From Erysipelotrichaceae bacterium (GTDB lineage: Bacteria > Bacillota_I > Bacilli_A > Erysipelotrichales > Coprobacillaceae), in NCBI GenBank assembly GCA_028698185.1, contig JAQVDW010000008.1:49741-81740 (forward strand): 32,000 bases of DNA, in the 5' to 3' direction. The stretch's first letter is position 1; each line of letters begins with the position of its first letter. The position numbers and the translations under genes are program-made. Below are positions 16,369 through 25,050 of this stretch, in pieces. The notes beneath the pieces were generated by a model. It saw only the letters and a list, made by a program, of their open reading frames with translations, was not told the origin of the DNA and did not search any database.

Positions 16369-17552
16369 AGAAAACAGTATTGATAGGAGTTACAGGAAGT
16401 ATCGCAGCCTACAAGATGGCAGATGTCGCGAGCAGTCTTACCAAAAGCGGCATCAATGTTTATGTATTGATGACACAGAATGCGACCAAATTTATCAGCC
16501 CGATCGTCTTTTCGACGCTTACTGGCAACAAGTGCTACGTGGACACCTTCGATGAAGAGGGGGACATCGTCGTGCCCCATGTCAATCTGGCGAAAATGGC
16601 GGACTTGTTCATTGTCGCCCCGGCATCGGCAAACTGTATCTCCAAGCTGGCCAACGGCATCGGGGATGACATGCTTACCACAACGGTACTGGCCTACCAC
16701 GGTCCCAAAATGATCTCGCCGGCCATGAACACCAATATGTACAACAACCAGATTGTTCAGGACAATCTAGCCAGATTGAGAAATTACGGCTGGGAAATAA
16801 TCGAACCGGCCAGCGGCATCCTGGCGTGCAAGGATGAGGGCAAAGGGAAACTGCCTCAGGTGGAACAACTGCTCGATAACATCTACGCATATGTCAGACG
16901 CGAAAAGGACCTGGCGGGCAAAAGCGTTCTTATTAGCGCCGGGCCGACCCAGGAGGCTCTTGATCCGGTGCGTTTCATCTCCAACCATTCAAGCGGAAAG
17001 ATGGGGTATGCCCTGGCCCGCAATGCGATGGAAAGGGGCGCCAAGGTCACCCTGATCAGTGGAAACGTCAACCTAAACGATGTTCCATTCGTGGAGACAA
17101 TCAAGATCAAAAGCGCAAGTGATCTCGCAAAGGTCGCCAAGTTGAAGGCTCCTGAGGCCGATATCGTCATCATGGCGGCGGCAGTCGGGGACTACCGGCC
17201 CAAGGCATATTCCAGCCAGAAAATAAAAAAGGCCGATGGAGAGATCGTCCTGGAGCTTGAAAAGACCGAAGATGTGCTTAGCTATCTGGGCCATCATAAA
17301 AGATCCGGCCAGTTCATCTGTGGCTTCTCGATGGAAACTGAAAACCTGGTCGCCAATTCGCGGGCCAAGCTTGAAAAGAAGCAGGCCGACTTGATCGTCG
17401 CGAATAACCTCATGGATGAGGGGGCCGGCTTCAAGGTCGATACCAATGTTGTCACCTTGATCACGAAAGATGAGACAATTGCCTGTCCGATTGCTGCCAA
17501 AGAAGATGTGGCTGAGGCGATTTTGGATTTTATCGCCGCCAAAATCAAGTAA
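16365..17552 (+). CDS. coaBC: bifunctional phosphopantothenoylcysteine decarboxylase / phosphopantothenate-cysteine ligase
   Basis: Start at MKKTVLIGVTGSIAAYK (flavoprotein domain) with AAAGGAG RBS. C-terminal CoaB domain (ISAGPTQEALDPVRFISNHSSGKMG). 395 aa. Confidence 0.9.
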   Translation: MKKTVLIGVTGSIAAYKMADVASSLTKSGINVYVLMTQNATKFISPIVFSTLTGNKCYVDTFDEEGDIVVPHVNLAKMADLFIVAPASANCISKLANGIGDDMLTTTVLAYHGPKMISPAMNTNMYNNQIVQDNLARLRNYGWEIIEPASGILACKDEGKGKLPQVEQLLDNIYAYVRREKDLAGKSVLISAGPTQEALDPVRFISNHSSGKMGYALARNAMERGAKVTLISGNVNLNDVPFVETIKIKSASDLAKVAKLKAPEADIVIMAAAVGDYRPKAYSSQKIKKADGEIVLELEKTEDVLSYLGHHKRSGQFICGFSMETENLVANSRAKLEKKQADLIVANNLMDEGAGFKVDTNVVTLITKDETIACPIAAKEDVAEAILDFIAAKIK

Positions 17553-17570
17553 CAATCAAAGTTTAAAGGC

Positions 17571-17620
17571 AAAAAAAGCCTGGTCAATGCCATCAATGAA
17601 GATGGCAAGCCAGGTTTTTT
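17571..17620. terminator. bidirectional terminator between coaBC and the convergent NifX-like operon
   Basis: A7-GCCTGG..TGCCATC-aatgaa-GATGGCA..CCAGGT-T6. The extended hairpin has U-runs available on both strands. Confidence 0.75.
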
Positions 17621-17650
17621 GATTTGACATGGGGGTGTCAAAGCGCTAAT

Positions 17651-18013
17651 TTAGTGGGAACATTGATGGTTTTCGTCGTGGTCATGACCGGCGCACATCG
17701 AATTTGTGGAAAGCAGGCACCCTTCCAAGTACGTGTTGACGTTTGCCAGGCAATCGCCGGAACATCCGGTGATGACATCGATGTTTCGCTGGTTGAACAG
17801 GTCGACTGCCTTGGAACCGATGCCCCCGACGATGACCAGGTTGACTCCTAGTTCATGGAGGAATCTAGGCAGGACTCCTGGTTCATGTTTCGGAGCGGTC
17901 ACATATTCGTGGCTGACAACTTTGTTGTCGGCGCAGTTGGCAATCAGGTATTGCCGGCAATGACCGAAGTGGGCACTGATTTGGTTGTTGTCACAAGCTA
18001 CAGCTATTTTCAT
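17651..18013 (-). CDS. NifB/NifX-family (Nitro_FeMo-Co domain) protein with His/Cys-rich C-terminal tail
   Basis: MKIAVACDNNQISAHFGHCRQYLI... is the typical start of the small NifX-like family. The tail is CAGHDHDENHQCSH. Confidence 0.8.
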   Translation of the reverse strand: MKIAVACDNNQISAHFGHCRQYLIANCADNKVVSHEYVTAPKHEPGVLPRFLHELGVNLVIVGGIGSKAVDLFNQRNIDVITGCSGDCLANVNTYLEGCLLSTNSMCAGHDHDENHQCSH

Positions 18014-18017
18014 TTAT

Positions 18018-18863
18018 TTATCCTCTTTCAATGATTTTTTTTAGATTACGGGCTGTTTCCCGGATTGCGTGGGCCGCGGGAATGTCGAAATCAACGACAT
18101 TGAGGCCTTGGTTGATGCATTTGACGACATTCGAATCATTGGGAACTTTTCCGACCAGGGTGATGTTTTCTTCTTTTAGATAACTTTCGATCATTTCGGT
18201 CGATTCCAATGACAGGTCGAAGCGGTTGATTATGCATGCCGCTTTGAGATTGAACGACTTTGACAGTTCATAGGTCCGCTTCATATCGGCTAAACCGCTC
18301 ATCGTCGCTTCGCACACCAACAAGATCAGATCGACGTTGGCCATAGCGGCGATTACCGGACAGCCGACCCCGGGCGAGCCGTCGATTATGCAGATCGTGT
18401 CTTGCTCGGGCATAAGACTCTTAACCTGGGTTACCAGTTTCCCGGAATTGCCTTCACCCATCTTCAATTTTGCACTATAAAATTTGCGGTTGGCATCAAT
18501 GGCCTCAAAAGTCTGGCCACAGACATTGTCAACCATTGTTATGGCTCCAGCCGGGCAGACAAATTCGCAGACCCCGCAACCTTCGCAGCGATAAGTAATC
18601 GTCTGGTAATCTTCAATCGCCTTGAATTTGCAGTGCTCGACGCATTTCCCACATTTGATGCACTTTTCCGGATCGATGATCGCTTTTTTCAGACCGTAAT
18701 AATCCTGGGTGTCGGTCACCTCGAGCCGGTTCAATAAAAACAGGTTGGGGGCATCGACATCGACATCACCGAACACTTTGGAATCAAAAAGTTCGATAAG
18801 ACTAGAAGCGATGGTGGTTTTTCCTGTTCCCCCTTTGCCGCTTAGCACAAGGACCTTATACAT
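18018..18863 (-). CDS. MinD/ParA-superfamily P-loop ATPase with inserted 2x[4Fe-4S] ferredoxin domain
   Basis: Deviant Walker A LSGKGGTGKTT. Inserted CIKCGKCVEHC and CEGCGVCEFVCP motifs. Confidence 0.85.
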   Translation of the reverse strand: MYKVLVLSGKGGTGKTTIASSLIELFDSKVFGDVDVDAPNLFLLNRLEVTDTQDYYGLKKAIIDPEKCIKCGKCVEHCKFKAIEDYQTITYRCEGCGVCEFVCPAGAITMVDNVCGQTFEAIDANRKFYSAKLKMGEGNSGKLVTQVKSLMPEQDTICIIDGSPGVGCPVIAAMANVDLILLVCEATMSGLADMKRTYELSKSFNLKAACIINRFDLSLESTEMIESYLKEENITLVGKVPNDSNVVKCINQGLNVVDFDIPAAHAIRETARNLKKIIERG

Positions 18864-19671
18864 TTGCTTCCCTCCTTAGAGTATCGAGGATATCCATGAA
18901 AATTCCCTTGTACTCGTCACTGTGTTCTACCGCCAGTTTCCCCGAAGCGACAAGCATCCCGATTTCCTTTTGGTAGGGGATACGGGCGATCACATTGTCG
19001 GTGTATTCGACAGTGCTTTCCATGTCTTTGTTGACAACCAGGCCATAAGGCAGCTTGAGCTTTTCAAGCAGCTCCTTGACCATCAGGTAATTGTGGTAGG
19101 AAAACAGGGTCGGTTCGACAACGATGATGCAGTATGACGCATCTTCAATCGCTTCCATGACGCTGCATGCGGTCCCGGGCGGACAATCGATGATATTGAG
19201 ACCGGGTTGAGCATTCTCGAGAGTGGTGGCAACTGTCGAGACGGCGGACTCGGTACCGACTTTCATCGTGCCGGTAACGACCATTGTGTCCAGGTATTGT
19301 CCGATGGTGACTTCACCGACCTTGATATTTTCATAGGAAATAGCACCATTGGGACATACCAGGGCGCAACCACCGCAATTGTGGCAGATGTTTTTGAATA
19401 CCAGGATGCGATCGTAAAGATAGGCCAGGGCGTTGAACCGGCAGAAGCTTACGCACTCGCGGCAACCATCGCACTTTTTTTTGTCGACCACCGGGATTTT
19501 GACTGTGACATCGCATGTCTTGGTGATTGGACCATTCAGGAAAATGTTGCCGTTGGGCTCCTCGACGTCGCAATCAAGATAAGTGCACTTACCGGCGATG
19601 CGGGCCAGGTTGGTAGCGACAAATGTTTTTCCGGTACCGCCTTTTCCCGAAAGAATGGCGATTTTAGCCAT
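18856..19671 (-). CDS. MinD/ParA-superfamily P-loop ATPase with inserted 2x[4Fe-4S] ferredoxin domain (second paralog)
   Basis: Start moved to MAKIAILSGKGGTGKTF (19671), which overlaps the upstream stop by 8 nt. CDGCRECVSFC and CHNCGGCALVCP motifs. 8-nt overlap with the next gene. Confidence 0.85.
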   Translation of the reverse strand: MAKIAILSGKGGTGKTFVATNLARIAGKCTYLDCDVEEPNGNIFLNGPITKTCDVTVKIPVVDKKKCDGCRECVSFCRFNALAYLYDRILVFKNICHNCGGCALVCPNGAISYENIKVGEVTIGQYLDTMVVTGTMKVGTESAVSTVATTLENAQPGLNIIDCPPGTACSVMEAIEDASYCIIVVEPTLFSYHNYLMVKELLEKLKLPYGLVVNKDMESTVEYTDNVIARIPYQKEIGMLVASGKLAVEHSDEYKGIFMDILDTLRREANV

Positions 19672-20023
19672 GATGGAAACCTGGATGGGTTGATGTTCCT
19701 TGTTCGAGTTCGCCGTTTTTGTACTTGGCCAGATTTTCATCCAAAGACGAGTCGATTCCGGTGAACATCTTCACAGCTCCCGCCAGCAGGTCGCTGGCGT
19801 TTTGGCCTAACTGCTTGGTGATCAGTATCTCAACCTGGTTGTCAAGCAGGAACTGGCCAGCTTTGATTCCGGCACCCCCGCTTGATGTGAAGGCGGGATT
19901 TTCTTTGAATTCGACATCTCCATCATCGAGATTTACAAAGGCGAAATATTTTGCCCGGGCAAGATTGTCCGACAGTTTGGCGTTCATGTTTTTTTCATTT
20001 ACAGCCATTGCAAGTAGTTTCAT
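19664..20023 (-). CDS. NifB/NifX-family (Nitro_FeMo-Co domain) protein, second paralog
   Basis: 119 aa. AKYFAFVNLDDGDVEF...GGAGIKAGQFLLDNQVEILITKQLG fits the small NifX-like fold family. GGAGG RBS. Tail THPGFHHG. Confidence 0.7.
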   Translation of the reverse strand: MKLLAMAVNEKNMNAKLSDNLARAKYFAFVNLDDGDVEFKENPAFTSSGGAGIKAGQFLLDNQVEILITKQLGQNASDLLAGAVKMFTGIDSSLDENLAKYKNGELEQGTSTHPGFHHG

Positions 20024-20054
20024 AATTTTTCCTCCATATTATTGACATATGTTC

Positions 20055-20082
20055 ATTATACACCTTTGCGGTCATAAGTCAA
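20055..20082 (-). promoter_or_regulatory. sigma-A promoter of the NifX-like/MinD-ferredoxin operon
   Basis: On the minus strand: TTGACT - 16 nt - TATAAT, about 30 nt upstream of the RBS. Confidence 0.6.
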
Positions 20083-20105
20083 TAACTGTGGATGCCTTAA
20101 GCCAA

Positions 20106-20134
20106 ACAAAAAAGATATCACAAGGATATCTTTA
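20106..20134 (-). terminator. rho-independent terminator of the permease gene
   Basis: Minus strand: AAGATATC-cttgt-GATATCTT followed by T5, starting within the stop codon. Confidence 0.65.
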
Positions 20135-21394
20135 GTCGGGTATTATCAGATTCAGGATGATTCCTACCATGGCGCTTAGAGCCGTTCCTGAAAGGACAGC
20201 CGAACCGGGAAGGGGCAGCAGGGCTCCTCCAAGACCGAACACCAGCATGGCCGAAGTGATAATCAGGTTCTTTTGTTTCGAGTAATCGACGCGGTTTTCG
20301 ATAAGAACCCGTAGGCCGTTAGAGGCGATGACCCCGTAGAGCAGGATTGACATTCCGCCAAGAACGCTCGTTGGAATCGATGAGATGACCGCGGCAACTT
20401 TCCCGCTGGTCGAAAGAATGATCGCGAACAGTGCGGCTCCCGCGGTGACATAGACGGAACCGATTTTCGTCATCCCGATGACTCCGGTGTTCTCACCATA
20501 AGTCGTGTTTGCCGGTCCTCCGATAAGGGCTGATAAGGCAGTCGCCAGACCGTCTCCGACCAATGTGCGGTTAAGTCCGGGTTCTTTCAAAAAGTTTTTT
20601 CCACAGATGTGACCGAGAACAACGTGGTCTCCGATATGCTCGGAAATCGTCACCAGGGCAACCGGAAGGATAGCCAGTGTTTCTGGACCGAAATAAAGTT
20701 TGTAGCTATTGAAGTTTCCAATTTTGACCGGGAACGAGAATTCCGGAATCGAAAACCAAGGAGCTGAAGCGATTGCGGTAAAATCAACCATGTTGAAGGC
20801 AACGGAAATCCCGAAGCCAACGATAATGGCAATCAAGAAAGGAATGATCTTCATGAATCCTTTGCCCTTGGCCGAGATGAAAGCGGCAACCAGGAAAGTG
20901 ACGGTCGCCACAATCATGTTTTTCGGATCGCCCCCGGCAACGAAACCGGCATTGGTGATGGCGCTTGATGCCAGACCCAGACCGATTACAGCGATCATCG
21001 GACCGATTACCACCGGCGGCAGCAGGACATCAATCCATTTTTTCCCGACGAATTTGATGATCAAAGCCACGACGCAGTAGATAAGACCGACAAGCATCAA
21101 TCCGGTCTGTGCGGCTGCGATGCTGCCATTCATTGCCTTGACGGCAACTATCACTGCAGTGATGTAGGCAAATGACGACCCCAGATAGACTGGAACCTTG
21201 CCTTTTGTGACAAAGGTGTAAATAAGTGTTCCTATCCCTGAAGCGAACAGGGCCACCGATACCGGGTAGCCGGTCAAGATAGGAACAAGGATGGTTGCGC
21301 CAAACATCGCAAACACATGCTGCATCGACAAGAACAGCCATGATTTCAAAGGCGGGCGCTCATTGACGTCGATAATTAGTTTCTTTTCTTCCAT
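20132..21394 (-). CDS. uraA: uracil permease (NCS2/NAT family)
   Basis: Start moved to MEEKKLIIDVNERPP (21394) with GGAGGA RBS. LSMQHVFAMFGATILVP and the NAT signature GENTGVIGMTK (Glu-type, as in uracil permeases). Confidence 0.8.
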   Translation of the reverse strand: MEEKKLIIDVNERPPLKSWLFLSMQHVFAMFGATILVPILTGYPVSVALFASGIGTLIYTFVTKGKVPVYLGSSFAYITAVIVAVKAMNGSIAAAQTGLMLVGLIYCVVALIIKFVGKKWIDVLLPPVVIGPMIAVIGLGLASSAITNAGFVAGGDPKNMIVATVTFLVAAFISAKGKGFMKIIPFLIAIIVGFGISVAFNMVDFTAIASAPWFSIPEFSFPVKIGNFNSYKLYFGPETLAILPVALVTISEHIGDHVVLGHICGKNFLKEPGLNRTLVGDGLATALSALIGGPANTTYGENTGVIGMTKIGSVYVTAGAALFAIILSTSGKVAAVISSIPTSVLGGMSILLYGVIASNGLRVLIENRVDYSKQKNLIITSAMLVFGLGGALLPLPGSAVLSGTALSAMVGIILNLIIPD

Positions 21395-21566
21395 ATTATC
21401 CTCCAAATATTCTTGTAGCATGATATCACAAATTAAGATAGAATAACAGTATAAAAGATAAAAAAGTTGGAATAATCGAACAAATAGCGATTGTGATTTG
21501 GCAATATAAGACAATTGGCCAATATATTTGAATTTTCAACGGATTGCAGTCAAAAAGGAGACAACT

Positions 21567-22328
21567 ATGGATTATGTTTTGATCACCGGGGCGACCAGTG
21601 GCATCGGAAAGGAGTTTGCCAGATATTACGCTTCCGCCGCCAAAAATCTGATTATCGTCGGTCGCAACCGGGACAGACTCGATGATCTAAAAATGGAGCT
21701 TGAGCGAAAATTCCCGATCGAAGTGGTAATCATAACTCTCGATTTGGCGTCGCAGGATGCTTTCGCAAGCCTGGCCCGATTCATCAATGAGAGCACGATT
21801 GATGTTAGCCTTGTCATCAACAATGCGGGAATCGCCACTTCCGGTCCGGCCGAACAAGTTCCTTCAAAGCGCGATTACGAGATGGTCATGGTGAATATAT
21901 ATTCCCTGATGGAAATAACCAAGCTTTTTTTGGATTACTTCTACCAGCGCAACAAGGGAGCCATTTTGAACGTCGCCTCGACGGGCGCCTATGCTCCCGG
22001 CCCTTTCACTGCCAGCTATTTCGCTTCGAAGTCGTTTGTCCTTAGCTATACCCAGGCACTCAACTTCGAGGCAAAAGCAAATGGTGTTTATGTCGGAGTG
22101 TTGTGCCCGGGCACGACAGCGACCAATCTCTTCCAGGCATCAAACCAGAAATGTCCAAGATGGGCGATGGATCCGGCCAAGGTAGCCCGGATAGGGGCAA
22201 GACAGATAAACCGAGAAAAGCCCGTCCAGATCTGCGGCTGGACCAACCAATTGCTGACGATGCTGCCTAAGCGCATCAAGGTTTCCGGGATCGCGAGAAT
22301 CAAGAAGAACGGAAGCACCGAGATTTAG
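21567..22328 (+). CDS. short-chain dehydrogenase/reductase (SDR) family oxidoreductase
   Basis: Start at MDYVLITGATSGIGKEF (AAAGGAG RBS). NNAG motif and catalytic YxxxK (SYFASK). Confidence 0.8.
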   Translation: MDYVLITGATSGIGKEFARYYASAAKNLIIVGRNRDRLDDLKMELERKFPIEVVIITLDLASQDAFASLARFINESTIDVSLVINNAGIATSGPAEQVPSKRDYEMVMVNIYSLMEITKLFLDYFYQRNKGAILNVASTGAYAPGPFTASYFASKSFVLSYTQALNFEAKANGVYVGVLCPGTTATNLFQASNQKCPRWAMDPAKVARIGARQINREKPVQICGWTNQLLTMLPKRIKVSGIARIKKNGSTEI

Positions 22329-22366
22329 AGTGTACAAGTGCGCTGAAATATTGTATAATACAGGCG

Positions 22367-22488
22367 TGAACAGGGGTGCCCTAAAGGCTGAGATAAACCC
22401 TTATCACCTGATCTAGTTAAGACTAGCGTAGGGAGTTCAATTATATTGGAACCTTGCGCCTCGATCATTTCAATGGAGGTGTTTTTTA
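22367..22488 (+). promoter_or_regulatory. TPP (THI-box) riboswitch with SD-sequestering expression platform
   Basis: P1 TGAAC/GTTCA enclosing GGGGTGCC..GGCTGAGA..ACCC..ACCTGATCTAGTTAAGACTAGCGTAGGGA. Downstream CCTC (22459-62) can pair with the GGAGG RBS of thiT. Candidate promoter TGTACA-17-TATAAT at 22331-22359. Confidence 0.9.
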
Positions 22489-23028
22489 ATGAAAGTCAAA
22501 GATCTAGTTTTCATGGGGATGTATGTCGCTCTTGCCCTGGTGCTTGAGTCTGTTTCCCAAATCGTTCCCATCTTGCAAATGCCACTTGGTGGCAGCATCA
22601 ACCTGGGAGTAATCCCGATCATTCTTGCGTCATATCATCTGGGGTGGAAAAAAGGCTGGTCAGCCGGTTTTCTTTGGTGGTTTGTCGGATTCACTTTGTT
22701 TGGATTCAACCGCTGGTATCTCAATCCGGCCCAATATTTTCTGGATTACCTGATTCCCGATACGATCATCGGCATTGCCTGTGTGATGCCTAAACTGTTT
22801 ATGAAAAACAATCTTTACACCGGTATCGTCCTTGTGTCGGTTATCCGGTTTCTGGCCAATGTCCTTTCGGGCGTGTTCTTCTATTTTCCTGAAGGATCAG
22901 CCCCAGGCAGTTTCGGCGCTTGGGTCTATTCAATCAACTACAATCTGTGGTATAACCTGGCAACAATGGTGGTCGCGATCATCATCGCCCCTATTTTGAT
23001 CAAACGGATTCCGATGCGCAAGATCTAA
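22489..23028 (+). CDS. thiT: thiamine transporter ThiT (ECF S-component)
   Basis: 179-aa six-helix membrane protein directly behind a TPP riboswitch. Size and hydrophobic pattern are typical of ThiT. Confidence 0.8.
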   Translation: MKVKDLVFMGMYVALALVLESVSQIVPILQMPLGGSINLGVIPIILASYHLGWKKGWSAGFLWWFVGFTLFGFNRWYLNPAQYFLDYLIPDTIIGIACVMPKLFMKNNLYTGIVLVSVIRFLANVLSGVFFYFPEGSAPGSFGAWVYSINYNLWYNLATMVVAIIIAPILIKRIPMRKI

Positions 23029-23053
23029 CTCCCGATATGGGAGTTTTTCTTTT
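23027..23053 (+). terminator. rho-independent terminator of thiT
   Basis: AACTCCC-gatat-GGGAGTT followed by a T-rich run. Confidence 0.75.
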
Positions 23054-23140
23054 GGGATAAATATTGGTTTCCAGCGATAATTGTCTTTATTTTGATGCAT
23101 TTTGGTGTTATATTGTTTGAAGGTACAAAGGAGTATTGAA

Positions 23141-24478
23141 ATGGCACGAAGAATCGATTTATTGAACGGTAAAATAACCCAGTCGCTCCTGGCGCTGGCA
23201 CTGCCGATAATGGCGACATCCATGATCCAGCTGGCTTACAATCTTATCGACATGATCTGGGTCGGCCGGATCGGGGTCAATGCGATCAGCGCCATCGGAG
23301 CCAGCGGGATGTACATCTGGATCGGCGAAGGTCTGATCTTGATGTACAAGATCGGGGCGCAGGTCCTTGTGGCTCAACAGCTTGGAGCAGGGAACATATC
23401 CCGGGCCCGCGACTATGTCAAAACGGTCCTGCAGACCTCTTTTCTTTCCAGCGTGACCTATGCCCTGGCCCTTTTTGTCTTTGCATCAAGCATGATCGGA
23501 TTTTTCGATTTTCAATCGGCTGATGTTATTTTCCAGGCGGTCACCTATTTGAAGATAGTCGCCTGGGGCATGGTGTTCATGTCCTTCAATTTCGTGATGA
23601 CCGGGCTGCTCACGGCAACTGGCGACTCCAAGACTCCGTTTCTTGTCAACACCGTGGGGATTGTCATCAACATCTTCCTCGACCCTTTGTTGATATTCGG
23701 ATTTGATATGGGGGTCAGCGGCGCGGGTCTGGCTACGGTACTTTCCCAAGGGATCGTGTCCTTGCTGCTTCTTGTCACCATGAGCAGGGATGACTACCTT
23801 TTCCATGACCTCCATTTTGTGGGCAAAGTCGATTTGCGCGGCTTTATGGGAATTGCCCGGATCGGTCTTCCCACTTCGCTGCAGTCGGTCGGATATGCGG
23901 CGATTTCGATGATCCTTTCACGCTATACCGCAAGTTTTGGCGACAGCGCCGTCGCCATCACCCGGGTCGGCGGCGGAATCGAGTCGATATCCTGGATGAC
24001 TGCGGACGGTTTCGGTTCGGCTCTTAGTTCCTTCATCGCCCAGAATTACGGTTCGAAAAAGTACGATCGGGCCCGGCACGGCTATTTCCAAGCCCTGAAA
24101 ATAACCACAATATGGGGTTTGGGTACAACCATGCTACTGGTACTGTTTCCCGGGCAATTGCTTTCGGTCTTCATCCATGAACCGGGTCTCTATCCCCTGG
24201 GTATCGCCTATTTGCAGATCCTGGGACTTTCGCAGCTTTTCATGTGCTATGAACTGATGAGCTCGGGAGCTTTTGGAGGATATGGCGACACGAGGACGCC
24301 GTTTCTGGTTTCCATCATCCTGACGGGAGCACGGATTCCGCTCGCATTTCTCCTGGTGGCCCTTGTCCACAATGTCACCGGAATATGGTGGGCGATCAGC
24401 CTGAGTTCCCTGGCAAAAGGGGTAATCCTGGTGACGCTGTTTTTCATCAGGACCAAGAAATACCAGTATCAGACATAA
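23141..24478 (+). CDS. MATE family efflux transporter
   Basis: Start at MARRIDLLNGKITQSLLALALPIMATSMIQLAYNLIDMIWVGRIG (AAAGGAG RBS), the canonical MATE N-terminus. 12-TM-like, 445 aa. Confidence 0.85.
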   Translation: MARRIDLLNGKITQSLLALALPIMATSMIQLAYNLIDMIWVGRIGVNAISAIGASGMYIWIGEGLILMYKIGAQVLVAQQLGAGNISRARDYVKTVLQTSFLSSVTYALALFVFASSMIGFFDFQSADVIFQAVTYLKIVAWGMVFMSFNFVMTGLLTATGDSKTPFLVNTVGIVINIFLDPLLIFGFDMGVSGAGLATVLSQGIVSLLLLVTMSRDDYLFHDLHFVGKVDLRGFMGIARIGLPTSLQSVGYAAISMILSRYTASFGDSAVAITRVGGGIESISWMTADGFGSALSSFIAQNYGSKKYDRARHGYFQALKITTIWGLGTTMLLVLFPGQLLSVFIHEPGLYPLGIAYLQILGLSQLFMCYELMSSGAFGGYGDTRTPFLVSIILTGARIPLAFLLVALVHNVTGIWWAISLSSLAKGVILVTLFFIRTKKYQYQT

Positions 24479-24533
24479 TAAAAAATCCTGGCAAGAACCG
24501 CATCCAATTTGGCTGTCCAAATCGATGACTGCG

Positions 24534-24557
24534 ATCCTGTACAGGATTTTTATTTTT
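24534..24557 (+). terminator. weak hairpin/terminator after the MATE gene
   Basis: Palindrome ATCCTGTACAGGAT followed by TTTTTATTTTT. It overlaps the 3' end of convergent niaR. Confidence 0.4.
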
Positions 24558-25050
24558 CTACCAGGAATCCCAGCTCGCTTAGGTCGTTGACAATATTGTC
24601 GATGACTTTCTGCGAGGGTGCCGTGATTTCATGATAGTGGGTGAACCCGTCACCTAGATGCTTCAAAGGCAATCCCTGGTGTCTGTTCATCTTGGCCACG
24701 AATTCATCGACTTCCTTGCGGTTGGAAAGGTTCAAGGGGGCGACGATTTCCTCGTATACGGGATGGTCGATGATCACGTTCTTGATGGTCCCGCCATTGT
24801 CGACGATCGCATAGAGTTCCTTGATCATGTCTTCGTTTTCATGGGCGAGGCAAAGCCGGACACTCACGGGATTCTCGCTGATGATATAGCCGCGGTTGGT
24901 TGAGATGATATCATAGCCCTTGGCCCGCAACAAGGCAATTTCCTGGACAATGATCTGGCGCGAGATATTGAACCGTTCGGAAAGTTCGCTGCCGCTTACG
25001 GCCCGGTTCGCCTCCTGGAGATATTTGTAGATCTTGTCGAGCCGATTCAT
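24550..25050 (-). CDS. niaR: NAD biosynthesis transcriptional repressor NiaR (YrxA; HTH + 3H domain)
   Basis: 166 aa. N-terminal HTH (VSGSELSERFNISRQIIVQEIALLRAKGY) and a C-terminal His-containing 3H-like domain (CLAHENED.., IIDHPVY.., THYHEI). Last gene of the nad operon, with a 4-nt overlap with nadC. Confidence 0.8.
   Translation of the reverse strand: MNRLDKIYKYLQEANRAVSGSELSERFNISRQIIVQEIALLRAKGYDIISTNRGYIISENPVSVRLCLAHENEDMIKELYAIVDNGGTIKNVIIDHPVYEEIVAPLNLSNRKEVDEFVAKMNRHQGLPLKHLGDGFTHYHEITAPSQKVIDNIVNDLSELGFLVEK

Noticed and set aside
15905-16555. 216-aa TTG-initiated ORF treated as one intact gene
   Set aside because: Its last ~190 nt overlap coaBC out of frame and translate to Trp/Arg/Cys-rich sequence typical of an off-frame read. 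A different frame ends neatly in an ATGA junction with coaBC. It is therefore reported as a disrupted gene instead.
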